In this document: positions 36,519 through 48,122 of the stretch, piece by piece | How the letters are laid out: the number at the start of each line of letters is the position of its first letter | Position numbering within the stretch: position 1 is the stretch's first letter | From: Amphiscolops sp. MND2022 | Lineage: Eukaryota | Direction of reading: 5' to 3' | DNA: 64,000 bases | Assembly: GCA_964187785.1 (NCBI GenBank) | Contig: OZ076409.1 | Coordinates: forward strand, 83,702,001 to 83,766,000 | Notes under the pieces: generated by a model | The model's database searches: none | What the model saw: the letters and a program-made list of their open reading frames with translations, nothing else | What the model was told of the DNA's origin: nothing | Translations under genes and position numbers: made by a program

Positions 36519-37592
36519 TCAAACTTGGTCAACTACACAAAAAGAACACTTGCCATATAAAACTGAAGTAGAGGAAACAGAAGAGAATGGAAATACAGAA
36601 TAACTCTCTTTTAACGCGTCAGGCAAGTTAGCGTGATCATTGAATTGCTCAGTTCTGGCATACTGGGAGACAAGTTTTTGAGGAAGGAGAAAGGTTGTTG
36701 GCTCAGCAACTGAAATCGAAGTTCGGTTATCTCTGTTTTTCAGAGCTACTGATTTGGTTACTTTGCAGTTCTTCGTGATGCCGCTAAAATGTTTGGGCGA
36801 AGTCTTGAATTTAGACAATTTCTCATCGAAGTTACAGATTCTGGTCGCGAAACGTAATGAATCGTGGCAAGTTGGGCTGAGATCAATTAGTTAATGTCCA
36901 TGCGTCACCGAAGTAGCGCGCTGATAAGCTGCTTGCAAGAAATTGGAATCGGCAAACTCTAGTTCTGAACCAAGAATTTTCAACTGCCTGCCAATTCTGG
37001 GTGATTTCAAAATGACGAGATGTGTTGTGTTTTTGTCAACAGTGACGCAATAACGACCCTGGTGATAGAGATTATGTTTAATGAAAATTACACTGACACC
37101 TTTGTGCCGACCAGCATTTGCCAAATTAGCGAAAGATGGACTTTCTAAAACTTCATCACAAGAGTCATCGAAAATTGCTAAAACTTTGTCGTTGTTTTCG
37201 TCAGTTCTGAAATCGCTTACAATAGACTGATGATTCAAAAGTTCTTCAATGAGTGAGTCAATGTCAATCGAAGAGTAGCGCGACTTTGCGTGTTTTGGAT
37301 TCAATGGATTTTGGGTTTCGTTTTTGTTTTGATGCTCTTTGCTTTTCTGAAAAGATGCTGACACTTTACAGTTTCGAAAAAAAATCTGGCCGGGAACTTC
37401 TTTTTGAAATTGGTCGTAAATCGGTTGCCAATAACGATAGTAATAAACAATTTTCTTGAACGGTCGTCTGAAAATGCCACCGTCTTCAGAGTTGCGTGTC
37501 AGTAAATCTAAAATTAGGCGTGTTTTACCAGATCCAGCTGAGCCACAAATGCACATGAAAACTCTCACTTGAGTTGATTTGACTTTATTCAT
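36519..37592 (-). pseudogene. A32/FtsK-like packaging ATPase of Polinton B (one in-frame stop)
   Basis: Walker A GSAGSGKT, AIFDD, GRHKG; reads GH*LIDL across the TAA at 36891 and continues in frame into ORF 36519-36818. Confidence 0.9.
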
Positions 37593-37593
37593 T

Positions 37594-38460
37594 TCATTTG
37601 AGGGGTTTGTAGAAGGAATCTGCGTTGGGCAAAAGATATGCTATACAGGTTGATAGAATCATGAAAAAGGCTGTTTTCTCCTCACAACTTAAAGACTTCA
37701 CGAAAAGCAGCCTAGCAACAGAAAATATAACTAATATGAAAACGAGGATAATTTGTGAGAAAAATATGAAGAACTCACGACCAACGATGTAATTGAATAA
37801 AACCCACTGTTGATCGGTAGTTGCTTGTTTTGAATGCGAACCTTCAGTGTAGGTGGGATGAGATGTGATCACTTCAACTAGAGTACCATCAGCAAAATCA
37901 AGATCTTTTGAATGTGATTGTATTTCCGATTCTGATAGCTCCAACCGTTTTGACTGTCTATTGATATCGGCCGTTTTACAAGAAGTCGCAGAAAGATTTT
38001 TGTCGTAAATGTTTTCAGGCAATCTTGGAGGCGGTATTAAATAACCCAACGTTGAGCTCAAGAAGCTCATATATAAAGACGTGTCTTGACACAATTGTTG
38101 GTCGGATTCCTCGCAGCCGGGCGTTTTGCTTTCTAATCGTAAAAAACCTAATTTCAACAAACATAAGGTGTCCAAAATAACAATAACAGACAGCTGCGTG
38201 AGGTAGAGAATTTGAGATATTGGAGGCAGCTGTTTAACTACTTTATTTCGGAAGATGGTGCCACTACCTCTGCTGCGCTCACAAAACTGCTCGTCTCTTG
38301 TACTCTCTTCTGATTTATGTTCTAGCACCCTAACATTGTTCACGGTTGTAAGCTGCAAGTCAGTGTTAGCATCTATAGAACTCGAATGACTAAGCGTTGC
38401 ACAATCACCAGTAACTTTTAGAGAGTCTGATGTGGAAGGACAAAACGTGTCATCCAACAT
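37594..38460 (-). CDS. Membrane protein with two copies of a two-TM module
   Basis: QILYLTQLSVIVILD...FLSSTLGYLIPPP and FFSQIILVFILVIF...ILSTCIAYLLPN. Confidence 0.7.
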   Translation of the reverse strand: MLDDTFCPSTSDSLKVTGDCATLSHSSSIDANTDLQLTTVNNVRVLEHKSEESTRDEQFCERSRGSGTIFRNKVVKQLPPISQILYLTQLSVIVILDTLCLLKLGFLRLESKTPGCEESDQQLCQDTSLYMSFLSSTLGYLIPPPRLPENIYDKNLSATSCKTADINRQSKRLELSESEIQSHSKDLDFADGTLVEVITSHPTYTEGSHSKQATTDQQWVLFNYIVGREFFIFFSQIILVFILVIFSVARLLFVKSLSCEEKTAFFMILSTCIAYLLPNADSFYKPLK

Positions 38461-38639
38461 CTGAAAATGATTTGGTTTAAAAAAATTGTCGGAAGATTCA
38501 GTTAATTTTATACTTGTTTATTCTCGGCAAAAAATACGATGGTCTGGAGAAAAATGTTAATTTGACACAAAGGGAAGCATTATAAAAGAAGCATGGGCAA
38601 CATCAAACATTGTTTTTTTCTTTTCACAAAGATTGTTTC

Positions 38640-39716
38640 CTAAGTATTTTGATCAAGGAGTTGAGCCCTCTCTCCTTCGTCTGTAGCATAAACTCGTTCA
38701 GGAGGGTTGGCGCTATTTGGAGAGAGTCGCGTTGTAGAGAGGTTAATTTCTCTTTCGTCCTCGTCGTTTTCATACTCGCTCATTATTTCATCTTGATATT
38801 GAATCGGAAGGTGAACAGGATCATCACTTTGTTCATCGAGTATGGACGGGAGAGTAAGGGAACTGTTGCTTGAAACCTCCGGTACAACTGTTGACGTTGT
38901 CGGAGACCTGCCACCGTTGGGCGTTGAAACATTCGAGTTGTCAAGGCTCTGAGTGGGTTGGCCCCGAGTGTTATAAAAGTTGGTCATTGAAGTGTTTAGG
39001 TTACTTTGAGGTTGATTAGCATTTCCCAAGTGTTGATGCAAAGATGTAGCCCTTTCACTTTGTTGTTCTGCATATTGTCTTTGAGTTTCTTGACCAGGCC
39101 AATTTCTGGGCTGAGTTGAACCAGGTACGTTATTCCAAACTGATGATTGGTTCATATAGGGTAAAAAAATGGGATGCGAAGTACTCAGTCTTGCATACGG
39201 GCAACCAACGTACCTAGCGTAGTTGGGGTTTGTTTGATGAAAGACTGCATGACCACCGGACGGCAAGGTGTAATTCGGATTGTTTCCTGTAGAAGCAGTG
39301 TTTAAACTGGTTCTATAGTTTCCATTGTAAAAACTGGATGTCAAAGATTGCGAAGCCGTATTATTCTGAATCGCCAATCCGTATCGCATCCTGCCGCCAT
39401 CTGTCTGGGAGTTAGTATAATCTCTGAAAGTGAGAATGTTCAGAGCAATGGTTTTACTGTGCACCAAACAGCAGTATTCTTCCCAACTTATCTCAATAAT
39501 ATCTGCTCGCCTTGACCCAATCAATCCAGCACTACTGCATAAACTCTCTGTGGCGTACCCTCTACTGATTGTAACTCTGGGATACGGCGTGGACTGCGTC
39601 GCATTATTCAAGTTGTTTTGATCGATATGCTGATTGGTGTTGGGAAAGTGGAATCCTAGTTGCAAGGTATTCGACAATGGTAAGAAGGCGGTCATTTTCT
39701 CATCAAAGGCTTTCAC
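38640..39716 (-). CDS. Hypothetical protein of Polinton B with low-complexity C-terminus
   Basis: 358 open codons co-oriented with neighbours; start uncertain; no recognised motif. Confidence 0.6.
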   Translation of the reverse strand: MKAFDEKMTAFLPLSNTLQLGFHFPNTNQHIDQNNLNNATQSTPYPRVTISRGYATESLCSSAGLIGSRRADIIEISWEEYCCLVHSKTIALNILTFRDYTNSQTDGGRMRYGLAIQNNTASQSLTSSFYNGNYRTSLNTASTGNNPNYTLPSGGHAVFHQTNPNYARYVGCPYARLSTSHPIFLPYMNQSSVWNNVPGSTQPRNWPGQETQRQYAEQQSERATSLHQHLGNANQPQSNLNTSMTNFYNTRGQPTQSLDNSNVSTPNGGRSPTTSTVVPEVSSNSSLTLPSILDEQSDDPVHLPIQYQDEIMSEYENDEDEREINLSTTRLSPNSANPPERVYATDEGERAQLLDQNT

Positions 39717-39728
39717 TTCGAGCCAATT

Positions 39729-40364
39729 TTACTTGAGTAGAGACTCAAAGTATCTGAAAGCAGCATAATGTCTAATTTTCAACCATAGAAAAAATATGAA
39801 ACCGGTTATATGTCCCAACCAAAAACAACTGGGAACAAATTTTACGGGAAGAGCGTATGTATAGCCTGGTCCTTTTTTGTGGACCTGATACAAATGACCA
39901 TACGCATCGTGGAAAACAGCGTGTAATTTTAAAATTGGGAACAACGGAGCCATCAAGGAGTGAGTTCGAACTGTCATCCCAGGTCCTATAATCCCGCCCC
40001 AAGGAGCTCTATGTGAGAATTCATTGCATTTGAGCAACTTGTTGAAAGCACACGAGGGGCAGATATTAATACATGAACATCTGTTAGTTTCAACCAGAAG
40101 CACGCTCAGGAAAAGTATGTGATTAAAATACAAATGCCGGGGAACAGCCACGTCGAGACGTAGGTCGAACTTTGGAGAAATCACTCCTGAATCAGTTTCC
40201 GATTCAACGGTTTTCGCGATTAAATCTTTGAGCACGTCGTTGTCGTGGTTAGTACAATGTTTATGGAGTTTTTGGACAAGTTCGTAAATTGATTCAATTT
40301 TCAAAAATGATAAGCAGAACATACTGCGTGTGACTGAATTCAAAAAGCAAATGACGATCCACAA
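39729..40364 (-). CDS. Putative phospholipase A2-like protein
   Basis: GGIIGPG loop and HAVFHDAY resemble the YxGPG Ca-binding loop and HD dyad of parvoviral-type PLA2; hydrophobic C-terminus; start uncertain. Confidence 0.6.
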   Translation of the reverse strand: MWIVICFLNSVTRSMFCLSFLKIESIYELVQKLHKHCTNHDNDVLKDLIAKTVESETDSGVISPKFDLRLDVAVPRHLYFNHILFLSVLLVETNRCSCINICPSCAFNKLLKCNEFSHRAPWGGIIGPGMTVRTHSLMAPLFPILKLHAVFHDAYGHLYQVHKKGPGYTYALPVKFVPSCFWLGHITGFIFFLWLKIRHYAAFRYFESLLK

Positions 40365-40561
40365 ACTTTGAAAAAAATTCGCTGTTCATTTCCAGGATGA
40401 GCTCAACATGAAAAGTAAAAACACTAAAAGTAAAACTATTCAAACTCAAGACAACCGAAATCGAGACAAGATATTCAATTATTTATCTAGACAAGACGAC
40501 ATGAAAACAAGACGACGAGAACGAATAATATAAAGCATGAAGTATGACAAAGTATGATTTT

Positions 40562-41488
40562 TCACCGGCGTTCGTTTTCCCAGATGCAATGTAGTTCCCA
40601 GGTCACTTTTGCCCTCATTTTCGGTTCCCGTTTTGGGAAAAGTTCTCGGTTTGCGTAGCCGGTTGACTGCTTGTTCCGTTCGTCGGCCATTTGTTTCTCG
40701 AAAATATTACCATGCAACAGCCTGAAATTGTCGTTGGTACAGCCCCAGAAACTGCTCCAAATTGAATAAGGACACCAAACATTGCGTTGTTGTACGTGAA
40801 AACTCCCAAATTCCTCTTTGTTTCTCAAAGTAGTCTGAAAGAACTGTTGAATTTTGCGGACGGTGCTCTCCAATTCCCAATTCACGGCTGTCTCTCTGAC
40901 CAAAAAGGGCGAGCCTCTTTTACTGAGCTGACATCCCTCCCCACTCACTCCACTCTTTTGCTTGTCTGAAGAAGTTTGTTGTTCACGATTATCGAGCTCG
41001 TATTTCATTATAGAATCGGAATCACCCAGTTTTGTTGAACTTAATTCTTCATCGCATGGGTTTGCCTTCAGTTCCAGTTTAAATTTCTTGCTATTGTTAC
41101 CTGGTTCAAGGTGTGACTCCTTACAAATACCATCTTTTTTCTGTAGTTGTTCTGGAGGTAAAAACACTAGTATATGTAAATGATTGTCTGTGGTCGTGCT
41201 GTCTCGAGGATCTGGTAGAATGTAACACCTTCCTGCAGGAAAACGACCGCTCTGCAAATACGGTGACAAATCTTGAACACATTGAACACCGTCGTCCTTG
41301 AAACCACATTGTTTGTAGCAACAGAAGAGATGACCGCCAATAACAAAACCAGCACCCACATCAGTCAAAAGTTTACGGATGCTGTTACGCACAAATAGGC
41401 ATTGGGCAACTGCTTTTTTCTCGAATTTTTGATTAGGATAGAAAACGAAATGACTGTATAGTGATGACGTTTTGCGTCTAAACTCCAT
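40562..41488 (-). CDS. Hypothetical protein of Polinton B
   Basis: 308-aa ATG ORF preceded by an acceptor-like CTTGCTTTCAG. Confidence 0.6.
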   Translation of the reverse strand: MEFRRKTSSLYSHFVFYPNQKFEKKAVAQCLFVRNSIRKLLTDVGAGFVIGGHLFCCYKQCGFKDDGVQCVQDLSPYLQSGRFPAGRCYILPDPRDSTTTDNHLHILVFLPPEQLQKKDGICKESHLEPGNNSKKFKLELKANPCDEELSSTKLGDSDSIMKYELDNREQQTSSDKQKSGVSGEGCQLSKRGSPFLVRETAVNWELESTVRKIQQFFQTTLRNKEEFGSFHVQQRNVWCPYSIWSSFWGCTNDNFRLLHGNIFEKQMADERNKQSTGYANRELFPKREPKMRAKVTWELHCIWENERR

Positions 41489-41651
41489 GGGCGTTTTCTG
41501 AAAGCAAGCAACAATTAGTTAGGAAAGGACTATCTATGCATTTGTTTTGTTTTGAAAAAGCACATGTTTGATACCTTCGAACAACGGAAAAAAAATTGGT
41601 AAAGAACTCTACTGAGAAAAAAACGTAGATAAACAAATAAATATACTTACG

Positions 41652-44600
41652 TCAAAGGCTAGTAATATAACCAAAAGGCGCCGATACACCAGTTTTTTTG
41701 TCGAACAGACGCTTATTGCTCGTCACACGAGCCTTCTTTTCACAAAAGCGAGTTTTTATTTGACCAGTTTTCACACATCTACTCAAGGATGTGAAAGGAC
41801 TTCTTAGCTCATGTGTTTCTCCAAGAAGTAGTTTTTTGAAAGTGTCTGGGTTGAAGGTTTTCTCCGTCGCCCGGTTTAGGGTGACACCTTTCACTTTGAA
41901 GACGTTGTATTCGAGGCCTGAGAAAACATTGTGTCCCGACAAGCAGTAAAATTTGGGACCGGCACTCCAGAATTTGTCGAATAAAACATCATCGGGAAGC
42001 TCATTCGTCATTTCACCCATAGCTGATCCCAAAGGTATGTCCTGTTCGAGTCCATCAGATTTGTCATGCACGTACATTATGCTATCTGTGTCAGAGTAGA
42101 GAATGTTTTTAGGATTTCGAACACATTGCATGTTTTCGTAAAGAATCACCCTTGCATGAGCTGTTGTGAACGCGGCCAGAATGACGCTGGTTTTTCTTGG
42201 CGAATCTGCGGCATCGTCAATCAGCTGATATTGCAGAAGCATCAAGTCATCACCGACCAAAGTTGCATCAGTCACACGCTTTTTCCTGGATGTGAAGTAC
42301 TCAACAACTTCACGGTAGTTGTTGACGTATCTAGTTTTAGGCATGTTGTCTCTCATTCCCAAATAACCCCAAAAACTATTCAATAAGATCTTGGCGATGA
42401 ATCGGAGACCTTCGTTTTTTTTTCAATACTGTTAGGGTCCAGCGTGATACCTTCTTTCGCCCGTATGTCATCCAAATATTTCTTTTTGTGCGAGCACAGT
42501 GTTTCAACTAATCCAGTCTCTGTTTGGCAACAACCTTCAGAGGGCCAACCAGATGCCTCCATTTTGATTTTGAGGAAAGTGGTAATGTAATCTTTGGAGA
42601 GACTGGTAGATCGTTTGCACCGGGACCAGCTCCAGACTTCTGCCACGTCAAGAACGCGGTAACCTGCTTCAAGGGCTTTTTTCAGTTCCGGGGTTGCAAA
42701 TGTACCCCAAAAACCTCGTTCCCTCGGTTTGAAATGACTACAGAGGTTAGAAGTCAGCTCCAAGCTTCGGTGATCTAAGACGTTGCTTCTCTCTTCAACA
42801 CACCGCCTGCAAAGAGGAAAGAAAAGTTTTGATTGATACTTAAACGGTAAAATTGGTAGGTGGAGATCAGAAGGAGGTAATACTTCGCACTTAATGAGGC
42901 CGAAGAAGTCCTCATTGAGAATTTTGTTTTCCACTATTGTGTATACATATTGGGAAAGACTCAGAGCGGAAAAGTCCGTAATTGTTGTCTCCACTGCTTC
43001 ATCGGTAATTCTTGCATCAGTTTCTTGTTGGTTTCTCGAAACACGTAGAATTCTCTCGCCTCGTCCAGGGAACAGTATTTCGGTAACTTCATTTTTGTTG
43101 ACAGGGCACGAAGGCGAGCTTGGACCATCAGGTACTTGTGATGTTGCTTCAGCTTTTCCTCGATAAGTGGCAAGGTGTCGTTGCTCAGTTGCAATGAATA
43201 CTTGATCAGGGTGACCAACTGGATACATGCACCGCGAGTTGACGTAAGGGTACAGGGAGCAGACGTCGACATAGCAGAAAGTTTGCGACTCAGTTGCCTT
43301 GACCAAAAATTCACAAAATTTTCCGTTCTTCCACCAACGAAGGCATCCCTAGGCTGTAGAGGACTGTACCATCTAGTGTCCGAGGAGCATTTAATCAACT
43401 GAGTCAAATTCGTTGGTGTGTATATGTCTCTTTCGTCCAAGGTGTTTGATTTGGTAGAGCTGTTGATTCTCTCCATCAACGTAGTGGGCAATGCGAAGTT
43501 CGTTGACTCCAACGACTCCGAAAATCCTGCTGGGCATGCATCATCAATTGCCTCCGCTTGAAGAAGTTGGTTCATTTCACACTCCCATATATGAAAGACA
43601 CTTTGAACGTAGAACTGAACTTGAATTGGTCGGTTGTTGTGAATACTTTCTCACTCTGGGTCTGTAGATGCAGCCAATTGAGTCGATCCACAACAGTTGT
43701 TGTATATAAAACATGCATTGACATACCATTGCGTTTTTTGTTTATCTCAATCCGGTTGGGATAGCAAGTCGGGCATCCATGATAATAGCACCCAAAAAAT
43801 TCCAAAACAATGGAAGGATGTACCATTTTCTTGTGATTTTTTGAAGTTGTGGCCATGTCAGAGTTTGTGCTGTTTCTCCTCAGAAGCAAAAGCCCATCCA
43901 CTTTGAAGGAACCTAGTGTCTGTTCCTTTCCTCTGCCTTTTATAGAGCCACCTCCAAGTCTCACTTCACAAAAAATCTGATTGGTTTCAAGAGTCTCCCA
44001 AGCAATTTTTTCAATCCAAGTCATCCATAAGGCAGCAGGAAATGAAGTTAGCTCATTTCCAGTGTAACCGTTATTCGGTAAAGTCGCAATTGAGTTTTTT
44101 GGCATGAAAAGTTGCCTGTAGATGAAGTTACAGGCAGAAGCAGCGGTACATGCAACTTCGAAAGGATCTATTCCTCCGCAAGTGAAATTAATCATCCTGC
44201 GATATTCTAAAAAACCTTCCTTCAAAAGCTTGACATCCGATTCACAGTCAGATATCAATTCTTGTTCAAAATTGTAAGTTTTGGAGTTTTCTTTGTAGCA
44301 TCGTTTCTGTTGTGTGTGCCCTTCCAAGAATGTTTTTGACATTTTGTCCGCCTTTCATTGAGTTGATTGCGTACAGACGTGCTGGAGGAAACTGCCCAGG
44401 TTTGAAAGCAAAGTCATCGTCAACTGTATTATTGTGTGCCAGTGATGAGATTGCAGTCGTGTTGCAAAAAAAAGAGTTGCAATGACTACAATCTCTAGAT
44501 ATAATTTGGCGGAGACTGCAATTTACTCCTTTTACACAGTTTTGAAAGCTGTGAATTTTTCCACTGGAATTGGGATATAGCGCTTCTGAGGAAGTTAGAT

Positions 44601-46586
44601 AGTGGGGGAAATACCCTTTCTTCAGTTCTCTTAGGTTGAATGTTGAAGTGAACTTGGATAAAAGGATAGGTATGAACAGATAGGAGTCAGTAAACCTCTT
44701 GTTGCCCACTCGCATTGAAACCACTTTGTTACCTCTCAAGAGAATTTTGGGAATATACTTGTGCTGTTTGTATAACCATTCTAGAATTGGTAAGAAATCG
44801 AATCCACTTTCGAAATGAGCAATGAACCATTCCGTTTTTCGCACTTTTTCATGAGTACCAAATACCGCTTGGCAAAATTCGCTGACACATTCGTATCCAA
44901 CATACACAGTCTGTTCTCCAATCAAAGAATCAGCAAGCAGCAAAATTGGTTTATGAACTCCTTGATTGCCACAACTTTGATCTGTTTCAATATCGAAGAT
45001 CCAAATATCACGGTCGGGAGGCTTTTGATTTGAACGTCTAGCAAGGGAATGATGAACCTCTCGATCATGTTTTACGGTGAGTTTTGCCTTTTTTGCCTCG
45101 ATTGAGTTTCCTTCCCCAACACTACTCTCCAGACCATCATCCTCACCAATCGCGTCCCTATGAATGAATTGAAGGCTTGGACTGTCATTGTTGGTGTTTC
45201 CTTCGTACGCCATATCTGTCTGACTGCACTCTAATTTGGTCTTACAGGGCTGTTGAACGAAGCACCGATGAATAGGAACCACTGCTCCACTGTTCTGCTT
45301 TCGGTCTTGGAACGGGTAGTATTCGGAACATATGTTGCAGCGCCTTTTTGAATAAAAGTGATTGGAAAACGCCCGTTTGGGAACAGTGTTGTTGCACGAG
45401 GCACACTGGGCGTACAAATGACAAACACCCGATCTGATATGACACTGCAAACATTTTAGACTGCGTATTTTCAAATGACATCGATCACATTGGAATAAAA
45501 CAGTCCCATTAACAAGGCTTGCTGAGGTATTGATAAAACCTGTTCTGTTTAAACAGTCAGATTGTCTACAAAGCATGCAACCACTAGCGGAACATAAGTG
45601 TTTGATTGTCGAAAAAGCACGGTGACAGCTGTAGCAGTAATGTCGAGCGTCAAACAAGCCCCTCATTGATGTAATAACGTCCACATGGCGATTTGTGGCG
45701 TCATAAAGATCAATGTGCTTTTCTGCAGTGTTGTTGTAGCACATCAGGAAAGTACCCATGAAGTTGCTGTCGTATACTGATATACAAAAAGGCCGTAGTG
45801 AAGATGTAGTGGCAAGATATTCGAGGTCTCGAAGAACCAGAGGTTTTGCAAGACTTAGAGCCTCCTCTGTTGATTCCGATCTCACTGAGTCTGAAGTTGT
45901 GTCGTTCCTTGATAGCGAGACAGAAATATTCATCGAAGACTCAATGTTATTCTCAGCTTTCATTCTCTGCATGAAAAGTTGCATCTCTCTAGTTTGCACG
46001 GAAGCGCGATCAAGGTGTAGGTTTTTCTTTCTGGTAGACTTTGATGATGATCTTTCTTCAACTTTGAGAGCTATTGCAAGAGCTTTCAATAGACATTCGT
46101 TTCGTTCACTTTTAATCACAATCACAGATTTTTTTGTTTGGTGAATTGCTTGATGTCGGGAACCATTCTGTTTTGTATTCCACCTATCCGCTTTCCACCC
46201 ATTGTAGGTAGAGATACGCTGAGAACATTGACTTTAATGTTGTTACTTATATCAAACGATTCATTCGAATTCACCACCCTATCTATTTCATTCAGCACAA
46301 TGTCTGCATTGAAATCTTCTGCAGACGAAAAAAGAATATGAATGGGGTAATTCAAAGTGGGAGCGTTCAGAACCAATCGAATTCTGCGATCATGACCCGG
46401 AAGATCCTCTTGAATTTCGGAAATCAGTGTGTTTATCATATGGTTGAATATTTCTCGTAACTTGTCCAAAACGCTCTCAATGTTTGTGAAGTAAACTTCG
46501 TAATCTCTACTAGCAGCACGCAACAGACTTCTCCTCTGCGGCATGCGATTGAAACTATAAAAATTCTCTGGACTGAAAGCGGCCAT
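41652..46586 (-). pseudogene. polB: Protein-primed family B DNA polymerase of Polinton B (multiple frameshifts)
   Basis: vOTU-like ECLLKAL...RHVDVI; ExoI FDIET; ExoII AH..GFDF; ExoIII CESDV; Vsr-like EFFGCYYHGC; GGRTE; YVDVCSLYP; LNSFWG; YSDTDS; GPKFY; KVKG, across six ORFs. Confidence 0.95.
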
Positions 46587-46948
46587 TTATTAGCTGAAAA
46601 AGAAACAGGATGCTGATTGCGAGCAATGGCCTAGAACGGTATTGTTGAGAAAAATCGTCACACATTTGTTCCAATGAGTTTTTGCAAAAAAAATCAAAAG
46701 GCAAGGAAGAACGTATTGAAAACACAGAAAAATACAATACGACAAGATGAACAACATGTAAAAATTGAAATCAAACTACACACAGTCACACACACATATA
46801 AATCTGTATAAATTTATACTTATTTGAGTAATAAAGTCAATATTATATGCAAAAAGTCGGTGAAACCATAATACAAAACGCGCTCGTTGGACTTGCGATA
46901 TTCATTTTCAATTTATCCGCTTCCTTCACAATCACCATAGTATTCGAA

Positions 46949-47732
46949 CTAGTTCATGAAGACATCATCATTCTCTAACTCGTTGTCGTCTATCTCGACA
47001 GCTTGGCCCATATCCATCTGGGTTTGTACGCGGTAGCCAACGTCGCACCCGCTCTCGAAACGTTTGTCTTCGTTCCCATGGTTGTGAATGTCTGCTTGGT
47101 GCTGAGAAATAATAGTGTGTTCGTCTCCACTATTGACCATTTTTGATGACGATGCTGCCTGGACGGTCCTTCTTTTTGCAGTCTGTGAGCTTGTTCCAGA
47201 CCTGATCCTCCCAATGGCCGCATTTTTGACGGTGTTCTTGCGAGCGGTCGTTTTCTTTCCGACGAAAGATGAGACAGAACCACTTGTGTCATCATTGTCT
47301 TTAACACAACACAAAGCACTTTCGAGAAACCGATTGAATTCTTGAGGCACATTTTGACCTAATCCAGCAACCTCTACTGCGGCCTTGTCGCGCAAGCCTA
47401 AGCAAGTCGCAAAGCAGGTCAGTTCATCAATTGTGAAGGAGAAGTGACTTTGACGATTCCACTGACCACTATCAAAGTCTGGTTTGAATAGACGTAGACC
47501 AATGTATGTTGAAGGACCAGAACTGCTGGCATTGTCATATGTTTTGATACCTACTTGGAACCAGCGATTGTGACTCTTAGAAATGTCCCACCACTTGTCA
47601 TGCGTACTTTCATCTGCCTCCGGCGATATTTTCCATGAAGAGACCAGACCTTTATTGTCCGTGCCCGAGAAACCAGACTTTCGCTCACGCTTTTGTTTTG
47701 CGAATTACAGTTGACAGCCAGTTCATTGTCAT
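46949..47732 (-). pseudogene. Putative PC4-like ssDNA-binding protein (1-nt frameshift near start)
   Basis: The frame of ORF 46949-47395 is open further upstream and reads KWWDISKSHNRWFQVGIKTY...TYIGLRLFK...FSFTIDEL; the ATG at 47732 is one base out of frame at an A-run. Confidence 0.5.
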
Positions 47733-48122
47733 TTTTCAACTTCGAGCTCTGAAATGTTGGAAACAACCTATTAGATACTATCTGCTGGTTGTTTTATAAA
47801 CAATTTCACCAGATTACAAGATTTTAATTTTTGAAGTTTCGATTCGCCATTATATTTTTTTGTGAACGCGTTCAGTCTTTCAACAAAGCTTACTGTTCAG
47901 ATTTTTTGAATGGAAAAAGTGAGTATGTAGTGTTGACAAGGATCAAAGTAAAAAAATGCAAAGTGAAAGACCACAAGAGCTACAAAGAAAACGAAGTTGA
48001 CTTTTGTTTGCAACAAAAAAGAAATGTGGATGGGAAGAGTCGAAATGAATTGATCAGGCTATATTTCATAATGGTGCAGCAATTATGAGCAGACTTCATC
48101 ACAGTTAATTTAAACAATTTAT

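Noticed and set aside
36891..36893. Programmed readthrough or alternative genetic code explaining in-frame stops
   Set aside because: The stops are a mix of TAA, TAG and TGA, mostly one substitution from plausible sense codons, and frameshifts also occur; decay is simpler.
40562..41488. HUH endonuclease based on DNHLHILV
   Set aside because: Only the short HUH-like word is present; I see no convincing motif I, YxxK motif or helicase. Needs a profile search.
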